A stretch of 59,816 nt of DNA. Origin: Methanobacteriota archaeon. GTDB taxonomy: Archaea; Thermoplasmatota; E2; DHVEG-1. Location: NCBI GenBank assembly GCA_043806635.1, contig JAZDGT010000013.1, positions 1 to 59,816 of the forward strand. Direction: 5' to 3'. Numbering within the stretch: the stretch's first letter is position 1; each line of letters opens with the position of its first letter. This document shows positions 39,378-49,482 of the stretch, one piece after another. The position numbers and the translations under genes were made by a program. The notes beneath the pieces were generated by a model that was given only the letters and a program-made list of their open reading frames with translations, was not told where the DNA came from and did no database searches.

Positions 39378-41255
39378 CTACTCCTGCTCCACCTCAACCA
39401 GGAACTCTTCATGCTGCTCAAGATACGACCAGTTCACCGCATACAACTCAGTCCACCCAGTCTCCACGCCATCATCAGAAACCGATGCATTCCGATACAC
39501 CAACTCGAACAGAGGAGCCAGGAACTTCTCATATGACGCGTTCGTCATATACTGCATCTCACCAAAATGCACGTGAACCACCTGCTCCTTCATCACCTCA
39601 TCAATGAGCACATGCGTAATCCTCGAATAATTCTTCCCCGACCCCACCAACTCCGGTAAATACTCACTCAAATTCGTAGCAACCCACAACACACTCGCCT
39701 CATCAAGCGTCGTCCGAAAACCGACCGCCTCCGCCATCCGCGCAAGACGATGATCAGACGCAACAACACTCACATTCTTATCAACATACACATCCATCCA
39801 CTCAAGAACCGCCATATTATCATCAGAGATCACCTCATACGCCGCGTTTAACGACACAAAAGAAGGATACACAGAGACCGCGTTCGTCGTCACCAAAATA
39901 ACGATCACCACAAAATATACGACCTGACGTTTCTGAATAATACGCGACGTCCTCACCGGAAAAATTGTTGTCGGACGAATACGACGAACCGTCGTCTTCC
40001 ATTTCGAAATCACCTCAGAGCGGAGGTTAAAAAAAATCCCCTGCAACCCAAACACCGCGATAATACTCAACGGCACCATAATATACTCAAGATGACGATC
40101 CGGCGGCAACGTCCCATTCCGAGACACCAACGAATACACAAACGAGACCAACAACGCAAGCATCCACCCCCGGATAAATCCCCCATTTTGTACAAAACGC
40201 GTAAAACGAAAACCAGCGACACCAAAACTAATCATCATCAACAACGGCACAGCAAACAAGATGGACGAAAGAGTAAACCGGAAGTTCGTCCACGGCAACG
40301 TCACCACAGAGAACACACTCATCGCCGCAACACACACAAACATCGACACAGAAAACTTCCATAAACACGACATCCTTGTCGGCTCCTTCACCTCGAGGAA
40401 GAGATGAAGCTTACGTTTCATCCAGATAACCCCAAACAACGAAAAAAAGAACACATAAAACAACACAATCACCACAATGGAATCAATCTCAAGAGGCCCC
40501 AACCGAAGACCACCCATCATGAAACTCTCAAACACCGGTTTTGCTACCACAATCCAATACGAAAACACGATACCACTCGTGAGAAGAATATATGCAACAT
40601 CAGCCTTCACCGTCTTCACCCACTCAATACTCCCCGCGTTTTCAATGAACACAATAAAAATCAGGGAGATGAGATAGAAGTACGTTGTGAGATGATGAGA
40701 CATCGTCAACAAAACAGTGGAACATAATAAGGGAACCACATACCGTTTGTCTTTTCTGAATTTAATAAAAAAGTACAAAGACAACACCATAAAAAAATGA
40801 CCAATGGTGAGCGGCGCGGCATGACTCGTCTGATACACATGAAACGGTAACACCGCAAGGAACGCGCTCGCAAGCAATGCCTTCTTCCGATCCCCGATGA
40901 GCTCATAGACAACAAAATAAAACAATAAAACCGACAGACCACCAAAGATCGGAGCTATCTTCGGCATCAATGTGATCACATCAAGACCCGTAATCCAATG
41001 AGAAACCCCAGTAATCACATACAACACTGGGAAAAATTGATAGGAGCTTCCCCACCCAGTATACGCGCTAAACAACTCCTTGTTTTCCACGAAGGAGTTC
41101 GCCAGACCATAGTAGATCCCGAAGTCGCATCCCCAGGCAGCATGAGTCCATGCAGGGACAGAGCGAAGAATAATCGCTACAATGGTAATGATGAGCAGCC
41201 AGAACACCCAATTCTGTCTCCCCTCATGCAGTAGTTCTTTTATTTTCTGTATCAT
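39378..41255 (-). CDS. Polytopic membrane protein, GT-C-like
   Basis: ~13 TM helices, WGCDFGIYY first loop, soluble C-terminal domain (VASDHRL). Confidence 0.65.
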   Translation of the reverse strand: MIQKIKELLHEGRQNWVFWLLIITIVAIILRSVPAWTHAAWGCDFGIYYGLANSFVENKELFSAYTGWGSSYQFFPVLYVITGVSHWITGLDVITLMPKIAPIFGGLSVLLFYFVVYELIGDRKKALLASAFLAVLPFHVYQTSHAAPLTIGHFFMVLSLYFFIKFRKDKRYVVPLLCSTVLLTMSHHLTTYFYLISLIFIVFIENAGSIEWVKTVKADVAYILLTSGIVFSYWIVVAKPVFESFMMGGLRLGPLEIDSIVVIVLFYVFFFSLFGVIWMKRKLHLFLEVKEPTRMSCLWKFSVSMFVCVAAMSVFSVVTLPWTNFRFTLSSILFAVPLLMMISFGVAGFRFTRFVQNGGFIRGWMLALLVSFVYSLVSRNGTLPPDRHLEYIMVPLSIIAVFGLQGIFFNLRSEVISKWKTTVRRIRPTTIFPVRTSRIIQKRQVVYFVVIVILVTTNAVSVYPSFVSLNAAYEVISDDNMAVLEWMDVYVDKNVSVVASDHRLARMAEAVGFRTTLDEASVLWVATNLSEYLPELVGSGKNYSRITHVLIDEVMKEQVVHVHFGEMQYMTNASYEKFLAPLFELVYRNASVSDDGVETGWTELYAVNWSYLEQHEEFLVEVEQE

Positions 41256-41335
41256 GATTCAGTCGCTTATAAGATTCTGAGTATATATGTTCTTTTCTTT
41301 GAAAAAGACATCTCATCGTTCCCCCACATATTTTT

Positions 41336-42409
41336 TTAGGTGGACATGATGATATCCAGGATGTGATCAACGGTTTTTTGAACGGAGCACTGCCGCGTAA
41401 TCCCCGTGGTTTTTTGCGCATGAACAATATCGTTATGTAAATCTACATGTTGTTGGTGAACCGTATAGAACGTGCCTTTCTTTGTATGATATCTGGCGAG
41501 GTATTCTTGTTCAATCTGACCCGGGGTTGGAATCATGAGTGCTTTCGTCCCAATCACGGCGAGATCCAAGATTGTTGAATACCCTGATCGGGAGATCACC
41601 AGTTTCGCCCGGTTCAGAAGTTCCTCCCGTTTTTCTTTCGGGAGAAACGAATACGTTGTAATGTTTTTCTTTTTCGTCACCTCAAAAGGTTTTTCCGTTT
41701 TACCTAGAGTAACAATAATAGTTCCCTGAAGCTCATGAAGCTGGCCGAGTAGTCGCTCCTGTAACATGCTTCGTTGAGGCTCCGGACCAGACAAGGACAA
41801 GAAAAAATCAATATCTTTTTTCAGGTTTTTTTTCGTGAAATCAGACAATGCACCAACATAGTGTAGTTTGTCCTCATCGATTCGTTTCAGATTATGTGAT
41901 AAATCCCCGGAGAGATCATCCGTCCGATAATCTGGGATGATCACCCCGCGGAACCGTTTGAAAAAAAACAGGTTGAACCATTCCATCGCATTCTCAAACA
42001 TGCGAATACGCAATGGATTCATAATCCGCATCTGATGGGAGATAAAAAACGAAGGGATTTTCTTGCTATACATATCATAGCGGCCATCAGAAACGATAAG
42101 ATCGTAATCTTTCGTACTCAATATCTCCCCGAGGCTCCTTAACCCATCCTCAATTCTTTTAATGAACACTGGCCAATACAGCATACTCTTCGCCATGAAC
42201 TGCCGCGTGTTCTCTGAAAGCAGCATCGGGTAATCAGGGACATCCTCATACTGAACAGAGTCTCCTAACTCTTTCTGTAATAGCTCTAATGCTCGCCCAT
42301 TCGAAATAACGGTCACCTGTTGCTGTTCACTCACCAGTTTCCTGAGTACTGGCAATGATCTGGTCGCATGGCCAAGACCCCATGAACAGATACCGTAAAT
42401 AATCTCCAT
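41336..42409 (-). CDS. Glycosyltransferase, GT28-like (MJ1255 type)
   Basis: WGLGHATR, ISRSGYST, PTPGQIEQ. Confidence 0.85.
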   Translation of the reverse strand: MEIIYGICSWGLGHATRSLPVLRKLVSEQQQVTVISNGRALELLQKELGDSVQYEDVPDYPMLLSENTRQFMAKSMLYWPVFIKRIEDGLRSLGEILSTKDYDLIVSDGRYDMYSKKIPSFFISHQMRIMNPLRIRMFENAMEWFNLFFFKRFRGVIIPDYRTDDLSGDLSHNLKRIDEDKLHYVGALSDFTKKNLKKDIDFFLSLSGPEPQRSMLQERLLGQLHELQGTIIVTLGKTEKPFEVTKKKNITTYSFLPKEKREELLNRAKLVISRSGYSTILDLAVIGTKALMIPTPGQIEQEYLARYHTKKGTFYTVHQQHVDLHNDIVHAQKTTGITRQCSVQKTVDHILDIIMST

Positions 42410-42505
42410 CTGAAAGAAGGAATTCAACAGGATGTTAAATAGCTAACTGGGGGCACCCTAGTTTTTATAGGCGAAATCCTATGTCCCTCGCAAAGGGGTT
42501 TTCTT

Positions 42506-43318
42506 ATGAACTGGAGAGAAAAATACTTGGATGCCGTTCATACCAATAATAGTCTACTCTGTATTGGATTGGATACAGACACAGAAAAACTACCCCGTTT
42601 CTTAATTGAAGCCAAGAAACACCCGGTGTTTGATTTCAACAAAGCAATCATCGATGCAACCAAGGACTTGGTGTGCGCCTATAAACTCAACATGGCATTC
42701 TACGAGATACTTGGAAAAAACGGTTTCACTGTCCTTGAAAAAACTATCAGTCACATCCCGAAAGACATCCTCATCATCCTTGATGGCAAACGCAACGATA
42801 TCGGGAACACCGCCCAGAAATACGCACAAACCCTGTTTGACACCTTTAAAGCAGACGCAGTGACCGTGACCCCCTATCTAGGAAAAGATGGAGTCGACCC
42901 CTTCCTCACCTACACGGAGAAATGCAGTTTTATCCTCTGCCGAACCTCAAACCCTTCCGCACGCGACTTTCAAGATTTATCGGTCTCATCGGTTCCCTTA
43001 TACCAGATTGTTGCCCAAAAAATTCGAGAATGGAACACAAACGGGAATTGCGGCGCTGTCGTCGGAGCAACCTACCCTGAGGAGCTTAAAATCGTGCGAG
43101 GCATACTCGGCGAAGAAATACCGCTGCTTATACCCGGTATCGGGAAACAGGGTGGTGACATCGAAAAAACCGTACAAAACGGGACTAACGCACACGGTGA
43201 AATGATACTCGTGAATTCATCACGGGATATCATATTTGCAGGTGGGGACGTAGATTTCGCTGAGCATTCACGTAAGAAAGCAGAAGCCATTCGTAATCAG
43301 ATGAATACCTTTCGATAA
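42506..43318 (+). CDS. pyrF: Orotidine-5'-phosphate decarboxylase
   Basis: LCIGLD, LDGKRNDIGNT, CRTSNP, VVGAT, PGIGKQGG, VNSSR. Confidence 0.95.
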   Translation: MNWREKYLDAVHTNNSLLCIGLDTDTEKLPRFLIEAKKHPVFDFNKAIIDATKDLVCAYKLNMAFYEILGKNGFTVLEKTISHIPKDILIILDGKRNDIGNTAQKYAQTLFDTFKADAVTVTPYLGKDGVDPFLTYTEKCSFILCRTSNPSARDFQDLSVSSVPLYQIVAQKIREWNTNGNCGAVVGATYPEELKIVRGILGEEIPLLIPGIGKQGGDIEKTVQNGTNAHGEMILVNSSRDIIFAGGDVDFAEHSRKKAEAIRNQMNTFR

Positions 43319-43371
43319 AAAAAACAGGGGAGTCGAAACGTTAATAAAACAATCAGATATGATTCTTTTTC

Positions 43372-43625
43372 ACCCTTGATAAGAAGATCTCCATGAGACC
43401 GTGATTGGAGACGCAAGGTCAAGGGCACAGGTTGATACTGATAGGGTCCCTCGTTGATCGATCAGACGAAACGTCAAGAAATGATATTTGAGGATAACCT
43501 CGGTATCCGAGAACTGTCGCGAGATACGTAGTGGTCTTTCTTCCGCTGCTGCAATAACGGCAGAGAGACTATGACCACACCCAACATCGAAACATTTTTT
43601 TCGTGATGTTGGGTGACAGCGACTA
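43372..43625 (+). ncRNA. Candidate ~250-nt multi-stem non-coding RNA of unknown family
   Basis: At least six stems; TTAATAAA TATA at 43341; T8 tract at 43633-43640; no ORF. Confidence 0.55.
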
Positions 43626-43835
43626 ACAAAAATTTTTTTTGTTCGAAAATTTCGTTACAAAATATCAATATTTTTATGGTATTTTATGCATAAAGAAATA
43701 GATAATATTATAATGTTAAAGAGGATACCAATAACTAGTCTTGGAGTCGAGTTGGAAAGGTACACCGAATATCAAAAATAAGAGAATCCTGAATACGGTA
43801 AAGGACTTCTCTTTATGGAGGAGAAAAACACAAAC

Positions 43836-43866
43836 CTTATATACAAGAGAGTGTTCCCAGACACTC
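43836..43866 (+). promoter_or_regulatory. Putative TATA box plus palindromic operator for the glycogen operon
   Basis: CTTATATA at 43836-43843, then GAGTGT-N6-ACACTC at 43849-43866. Confidence 0.4.
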
Positions 43867-44030
43867 CCCAACTAGAGTAAAAAAATTAGGAAAAAAATAG
43901 AAAAAATAGAATATGAGAACGATACTATTTCCTTCACAGAACATCCGGCTACTGATATTCCGCTAACGAGTGGATATACCGGGATAAAAAGGAAGGATAA
44001 CTCGTTCTATTCAATGGTGAGGAAACAGGA

Positions 44031-45143
44031 ATGAAAATCGCGATGATAGGCTGGGAATACCCACCGTTCAAAGTGGGTGGCTTAGGAACTCATTGTTACG
44101 GGCTTACACACGGTCTTGCCGATAAAGGTATCCAGATTGATTTTTATATGCCGAAAATCCGGAACAAAATCAAAAGCGATAAGAAAAACATCAACATCAT
44201 CGAAGTCGGAGAAACCGAGATTTTCCCCTACGACCGACCCGATGATAAATCCCTCGGCGGAAAATTTTTTGAGAAAGTGTACAAGTACAACGAACTCCTC
44301 GTTTCAAAAGTGAAAGGAAAATATAATGCGGTTCACTGTCATGATTGGCTGACGATGAAAGCAGGAATCCAGATCAAGGAAAAACTCGGGATCCCCCTCA
44401 TCGTCACCGTGCATTCCACAGAATACGACCGTGCCGGATGGCTGTACCCGAATCAATGGTTTATTGATATCGAACGCGAAGGCATGGAGAAAGCAGATAG
44501 AGTTATTGCAGTCAGTAACTTCACGAAACAAGTCATCGTAGAAAAATACGGGATCAACCCTGATAAAATCAGTGTTGTCCACAACGCGGTGTACCCCATT
44601 GGTGGTGGAGAAAAAAAGAATCTGGTGCTATTCCTCGGCCGACTCACCCTCCAGAAAGGTCCAGAGTTTTTTTTGAAAGCAGCGAAAAAAGTGTTAGAAC
44701 ATGAAGACACCCATTTTGTGATCGCAGGGACCGGCGATATGCTCCCCCGTCTCATCAACCAAGCGGTGGACATGGGGATTTCAAGCAAAGTGATTTTCAC
44801 GGGGAAACTCACTGATGAGGAAGTCCGCCATATCTACAAAATATCCAGCGTGTACGTGATGCCTTCTGTGAGTGAACCGTTTGGGATCACCGCGCTTGAG
44901 GCATGCTCCGCAGGCACCCCAACGATCGTGTCAAAGAGCTCCGGCGTTTCCGAGGTGTTCCATAACTGTTTCAAAGTGGATTTCTGGGATACCGATGAAA
45001 TGGCGAATAAGATCATTTCGATCATCCGCTATCAGCCGCTGCGGGAAACCATGATGGATTATTCTAAACAAGAGATAAATTTATTTACCTGGGATCGTGT
45101 TGCAGATAGGACTTTAGACGTGTACAACGAAGTCGCGAGGTAA
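44031..45143 (+). CDS. GT4 glycosyltransferase (glycogen synthase-like)
   Basis: WEYPPFKVGGLG, HCHDWLT, HSTEYDR, EPFGITALEA. Confidence 0.88.
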   Translation: MKIAMIGWEYPPFKVGGLGTHCYGLTHGLADKGIQIDFYMPKIRNKIKSDKKNINIIEVGETEIFPYDRPDDKSLGGKFFEKVYKYNELLVSKVKGKYNAVHCHDWLTMKAGIQIKEKLGIPLIVTVHSTEYDRAGWLYPNQWFIDIEREGMEKADRVIAVSNFTKQVIVEKYGINPDKISVVHNAVYPIGGGEKKNLVLFLGRLTLQKGPEFFLKAAKKVLEHEDTHFVIAGTGDMLPRLINQAVDMGISSKVIFTGKLTDEEVRHIYKISSVYVMPSVSEPFGITALEACSAGTPTIVSKSSGVSEVFHNCFKVDFWDTDEMANKIISIIRYQPLRETMMDYSKQEINLFTWDRVADRTLDVYNEVAR

Positions 45144-45149
45144 TTACGA

Positions 45150-46340
45150 ATGCCGTCTATCTGCATATATTTTGAAGTTCATCAGCCCGTGAGGTTAAAC
45201 CATTTTTCTGTGTTTGATATCGGGAATAATGTGGCTGACCCGTACTCCTCCTATTTTGATCATAAGAAAAACCGTGCTATTTTTGAGAAAGTCGCGGCAA
45301 AATGCTATTTGCCCACAAACAAACTTTTACTTGATTTGATCAATGAGTATGACGGGAAATTCCGCATCTCATTCAGCCTCACAGGGACGTTTGTGGAATA
45401 TTGTGAATTGTTTATGCCGTGGGTGCTGGAGAGCTTCCAGGAGTTATTCGCCACGGGCGCAGTGGATTTCATTGAGGAGACATACTTCCATTCCCTCTCA
45501 GGGTTGTATGACGACCTTGATGAGTTCCAAGACCAGGTGAAGATGCACCGGAATATGATTAAACGGATTTTTAACTACAAACCGAAAGTGTTCAGAAACA
45601 CGGAAGCGATCTATGATAACCGAGTCGCAAAAAAAGTCGAAGACATGGGGTATAAAGGAATCATCACAGAAGGTGCAGATAAAATCCTTGACTGGCGATC
45701 ACCAAATTATCTGTACAGACCAGCAAACGCTAATCTCAGTGTCCTCCTACGGAATTATATGTTGAGTGATGATGTCGGTTTCCGGTTCTCAGCCCGAGGC
45801 TGGCAGGGATGGCCGCTCACCTCAGATAAATACGCGCAATGGATGGCGAAAACCGATGGTGACCTGATTAACTTGTTCATGGATTATGAAACCTTCGGGG
45901 AGCATCAGTGGACGGAGACCGGGATATTCGAATTCCTCCGACATCTCCCTGGTGAGGTCCTCAAATACGGAAACCTTGATTTCGTGACAGTCAGCGAAGC
46001 AATCCATCGGTATCACCCGGTGGGAACGATTGACGTCCCCTGGGCGATCTCCTGGGCAGACGCGGATCGCGATGTCTCCACATGGCTGGGGAACAACATG
46101 CAGATCGCGTGTTTTAATGAACTCAAAGACATCGGTCGGAAACTACGAGAGAAAAAAGACGAGGATCTCCTCTACACATGGCGATTACTGCAAACCTCGG
46201 ATCATCTGTATTATATTTCCACGAAAGGGTTTGAGGACGGCGCAGTCCACGCGTACTTCAGCCCGTACGAAGTCCCGTACGATGGCTTTATTAACTACAT
46301 GAATATCTTACAGGATTTAAAACAACGAGCATCACAATAA
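45150..46340 (+). CDS. GH57 alpha-amylase
   Basis: FEVHQP, ETYFHSL, FRNTE nucleophile, FMDYETFGEH, LQTSDH. Confidence 0.92.
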   Translation: MPSICIYFEVHQPVRLNHFSVFDIGNNVADPYSSYFDHKKNRAIFEKVAAKCYLPTNKLLLDLINEYDGKFRISFSLTGTFVEYCELFMPWVLESFQELFATGAVDFIEETYFHSLSGLYDDLDEFQDQVKMHRNMIKRIFNYKPKVFRNTEAIYDNRVAKKVEDMGYKGIITEGADKILDWRSPNYLYRPANANLSVLLRNYMLSDDVGFRFSARGWQGWPLTSDKYAQWMAKTDGDLINLFMDYETFGEHQWTETGIFEFLRHLPGEVLKYGNLDFVTVSEAIHRYHPVGTIDVPWAISWADADRDVSTWLGNNMQIACFNELKDIGRKLREKKDEDLLYTWRLLQTSDHLYYISTKGFEDGAVHAYFSPYEVPYDGFINYMNILQDLKQRASQ

Positions 46341-46377
46341 CATAAATAATTGAAGTGTTGAGGAGAGTTTACTTACT

Positions 46378-47619
46378 ATGAAAATCGTCCATTTTTCCTG
46401 GGAGTTTCCCCCAGTAATCTACGGCGGACTAGGAACATTTGTCACAGAAATATCTCAGAAACAACAATCATTCGGCAACGAGGTCGCCGTCTTTTCATTG
46501 AATCCTGAGAACCGTCTTGCCACCTCAGACATCTATAACGGTGTTGAAGTCTACCGACCAAAAACCCTTGATCTCACCTCCGCATTGTTTCTCTGTGCAG
46601 ACCATGATCTCCGCTCATGGGGATCTCATTTCAAGTTTTTTGCTGATGTCTGGAGCTACAACGTCATGTCCGCATCACAACTCGTGAACTTACTCGTGAA
46701 AAAAAACGGGAGGAAATTTAATGTCATCGATGCCCACGATTGGCTCGGAATCATCGGTGGTATGACCGCAAAAAAAGAGTTGGATCTCCCGTTAATGTTT
46801 CATGTGCATTCCACTGAGGTCGGACGATCTATTGGACGCGGATCTCATACGATTAAAGATATTGAGTTTGAAGGTGGGCAAGTTGCTGATTGCGTGATCA
46901 CCGTTTCGTATGCGATGGCGGATGAGTTACAAAAACTTGGGTTCCCACCCAACAAGATCGAGGTGTGTTGGAACGGGGTTGACCCTGTGAAATACGACCC
47001 GAAGGCAGTCTCCTCCGCGCAGCGGAATGAACTCCGACACCGATACGGCGTCCAGGATCATGAAACCCTCGTGTTTTTCATCGGTCGCCTAGTCACCGTG
47101 AAAGGAGTCGATAACCTGATGAAGGCCTTCCCTAGCGTGGTGAAGGAATTCCCGAATGCGAAACTGTTGATTCTCGGGATCGGTGATCTCGAAGGCAGCC
47201 TCCGTTATCAGGCTGAACAACTCGGGTTACGCGATAAAGTTATTTTCAGGTCAGAGTTTGTGAGTGAACCCGAACGTATCCTGCATTATGCTGCAGCAGA
47301 TGTCGTCGTCCTCCCCTCTCTCTACGAACCATTCGGTATCGTCTGCACCGAAGCAATGTCCATGGCGAAACCAGTCGTCGTCGGTGCACGAGGAACAAAC
47401 GGGATGCGTGAACAAATCATCCCTACTGGGGATGAACAATGCGGAGTCCACATCAACCCGTTCACCCCTGAGGATATCGCCTGGGGAATCAAGGCTGTGT
47501 TACAATCAAAAGAAAAAAGTCAACTGATGGGGCAAAAAGCCCGCGAGCGAGTACTGCAGGAGTTCAGCTGGGATGTCGTCACGAAACGTACCTTAGAAAT
47601 CTATGATAATTTTATTTGA
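46378..47619 (+). CDS. GT4 glycosyltransferase (second glycogen synthase-like copy)
   Basis: WEFPPVIYGGLG, AHDWL, HVHSTE, YEPFGIVCTEA. Confidence 0.88.
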   Translation: MKIVHFSWEFPPVIYGGLGTFVTEISQKQQSFGNEVAVFSLNPENRLATSDIYNGVEVYRPKTLDLTSALFLCADHDLRSWGSHFKFFADVWSYNVMSASQLVNLLVKKNGRKFNVIDAHDWLGIIGGMTAKKELDLPLMFHVHSTEVGRSIGRGSHTIKDIEFEGGQVADCVITVSYAMADELQKLGFPPNKIEVCWNGVDPVKYDPKAVSSAQRNELRHRYGVQDHETLVFFIGRLVTVKGVDNLMKAFPSVVKEFPNAKLLILGIGDLEGSLRYQAEQLGLRDKVIFRSEFVSEPERILHYAAADVVVLPSLYEPFGIVCTEAMSMAKPVVVGARGTNGMREQIIPTGDEQCGVHINPFTPEDIAWGIKAVLQSKEKSQLMGQKARERVLQEFSWDVVTKRTLEIYDNFI

Positions 47620-47628
47620 GAAAGATTT

Positions 47629-49482
47629 ATGAGAGAATGGATTGTCACCAACGGATTAGGCAGCTATGCTTCATTAACCTACAATAACGAGAACACCAGA
47701 AAATTCCATGGTCTCCTAGTTGCCAGTCTTGACCCACCAGCAAAACGATGGATGTTCATCTCCAACGTCTACGAGAAAATACAGATCGGGAAGAAAACGT
47801 ATGACCTCAGGAATCTTCGAGGACAATTCACCTATCAGTATCTCCCAACGTTTCACTACGATGTTGACGGAGTCCACATAAAAAAAACCGTGTTCATGGA
47901 AAACGGGAAGAACACCACGGTTATGAAATATGAGATAACAACGGATACTCCAGTATCCTTTTTTTATCATCCGGTGGTGAACTCTCGTCATTTCTACGAT
48001 GTCACCTCTCAACGCCACCTCAAAATCCAGGAAGATGTACTCCCCAACGGGATACAATTGAAACCAAATAACGTGCAAAACACCATCAAAATATTCCTGG
48101 AAGACGCCCAGTATGAGCCATCATTTTATTGGGAGGAGATGTACTATCAAAAAGACCATGAACGACGTGACTCCTGGATAGACAACAACATCCATCTTGG
48201 CGATTTCCATAAAATCATCAAAACATCATCAGACTACTACCTCGTCTGCACCCTTGAAGATACACTTGATCATCCTGCTGCGCACCTCTACGAGCAGGAA
48301 CTCCAACGAAAAAAGAACCTTCTCGACCATGTGAACCTCCCAAAACAATTCGAGAAACTCGTACTATCAACGGATAACTTCATCGTGAAGAAGAAAGGAA
48401 GAAAATCGATCGTCGCCGGGTATCATTGGTTCAGCGACTGGGGAAGAGACACCCTCATCGCACTCCCCGGAATCTGCCTAGTCACCAAACGATTCGCTGA
48501 TGCGAAACAAATCCTCCTCAGCTTCGGTGAACACACCAAACACGGACTCATCCCGAACACGTTCATGGATCGCGACTCCCAACCCCTCTACAACACCGTC
48601 GACGCCGCATTATGGTACGTGGACCGTGCATACCAGTATCTGAAATACACGAACGACCAAGAATTCCTCAAAGAAATCTGGGATGTCCTCCAATCCATCA
48701 TTAACGGGTACATGAAAGGCACCGATTATGGTATCCACATGGACCACGATTACCTCATAAGCCACGATGAAGGACTCACCTGGATGGATGTAAAACTCGG
48801 AGACTATTACCCGACCCCCCGCTCAAAGAAAGCCGTCGAAATCCAAGCACTCTGGTATAACGCCTTAGAAATCATGAGCGCATGCACCGCCGTACTAGGA
48901 GAAGAAGATGTCTATGGGGAACTCGCAAACCACGTGAAAAAAAATTTTACCAGACAATACACCCACCGCTACGATGTCATTGATACGAAAGACCTCGCCT
49001 GCCGGCCGAATCAGATATTCCTCGTCTCCCTCGACTTCTCAATGATTCCTCAATCAGTTCAAGAAAACATCGTCACGGACGTACAAGAACATCTCCTCAC
49101 CCCATTCGGACTTCGCACCCTCTCACCCGAAGACTCCCGCTATAAAGGAACCTATATCGGCGACTACAACAAGGATCTCGCTTATCATAATGGCACAGTC
49201 TGGCCATGGCTCATCGGGCCATTCATCAGAGCATTTATCAAAGTCAAAAACCGTGAACCACAATGGAGAAAATACGCATACCAGAACTTTTTATACCCCA
49301 TGCTCAACGTGTTTGGTGACACCTGGGACGGATCCATCTACGAGATATTCGATGGAGACCCCCCATTCCTCCCACAAGGCTGCATCACCCAAGCGTGGAG
49401 CGTCTCAGAACTACTCCGATCCTGGGTGGAAGACATCGAAGGGATAACCCCCGAATACGAACAACTCTTACTCGCTACATGA
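47629..49482 (+). CDS. Glycogen debranching enzyme (amylo-alpha-1,6-glucosidase, GH133)
   Basis: REWIVTNGLGSY, AGYHWFSDWGRDT, LTWMD, YHNGTVWPW, QAWSVSE. Confidence 0.93.
   Translation: MREWIVTNGLGSYASLTYNNENTRKFHGLLVASLDPPAKRWMFISNVYEKIQIGKKTYDLRNLRGQFTYQYLPTFHYDVDGVHIKKTVFMENGKNTTVMKYEITTDTPVSFFYHPVVNSRHFYDVTSQRHLKIQEDVLPNGIQLKPNNVQNTIKIFLEDAQYEPSFYWEEMYYQKDHERRDSWIDNNIHLGDFHKIIKTSSDYYLVCTLEDTLDHPAAHLYEQELQRKKNLLDHVNLPKQFEKLVLSTDNFIVKKKGRKSIVAGYHWFSDWGRDTLIALPGICLVTKRFADAKQILLSFGEHTKHGLIPNTFMDRDSQPLYNTVDAALWYVDRAYQYLKYTNDQEFLKEIWDVLQSIINGYMKGTDYGIHMDHDYLISHDEGLTWMDVKLGDYYPTPRSKKAVEIQALWYNALEIMSACTAVLGEEDVYGELANHVKKNFTRQYTHRYDVIDTKDLACRPNQIFLVSLDFSMIPQSVQENIVTDVQEHLLTPFGLRTLSPEDSRYKGTYIGDYNKDLAYHNGTVWPWLIGPFIRAFIKVKNREPQWRKYAYQNFLYPMLNVFGDTWDGSIYEIFDGDPPFLPQGCITQAWSVSELLRSWVEDIEGITPEYEQLLLAT

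Noticed and set aside
43430-43480. Hammerhead-like CTGAT...GAAAC
   Set aside because: The core reads CUGAUAG rather than CUGAnGA, and stems I and III cannot be closed.
49475-49482. 8-bp convergent stop overlap between the debranching enzyme and the phosphorylase
   Set aside because: Ordinary compact convergent packing.
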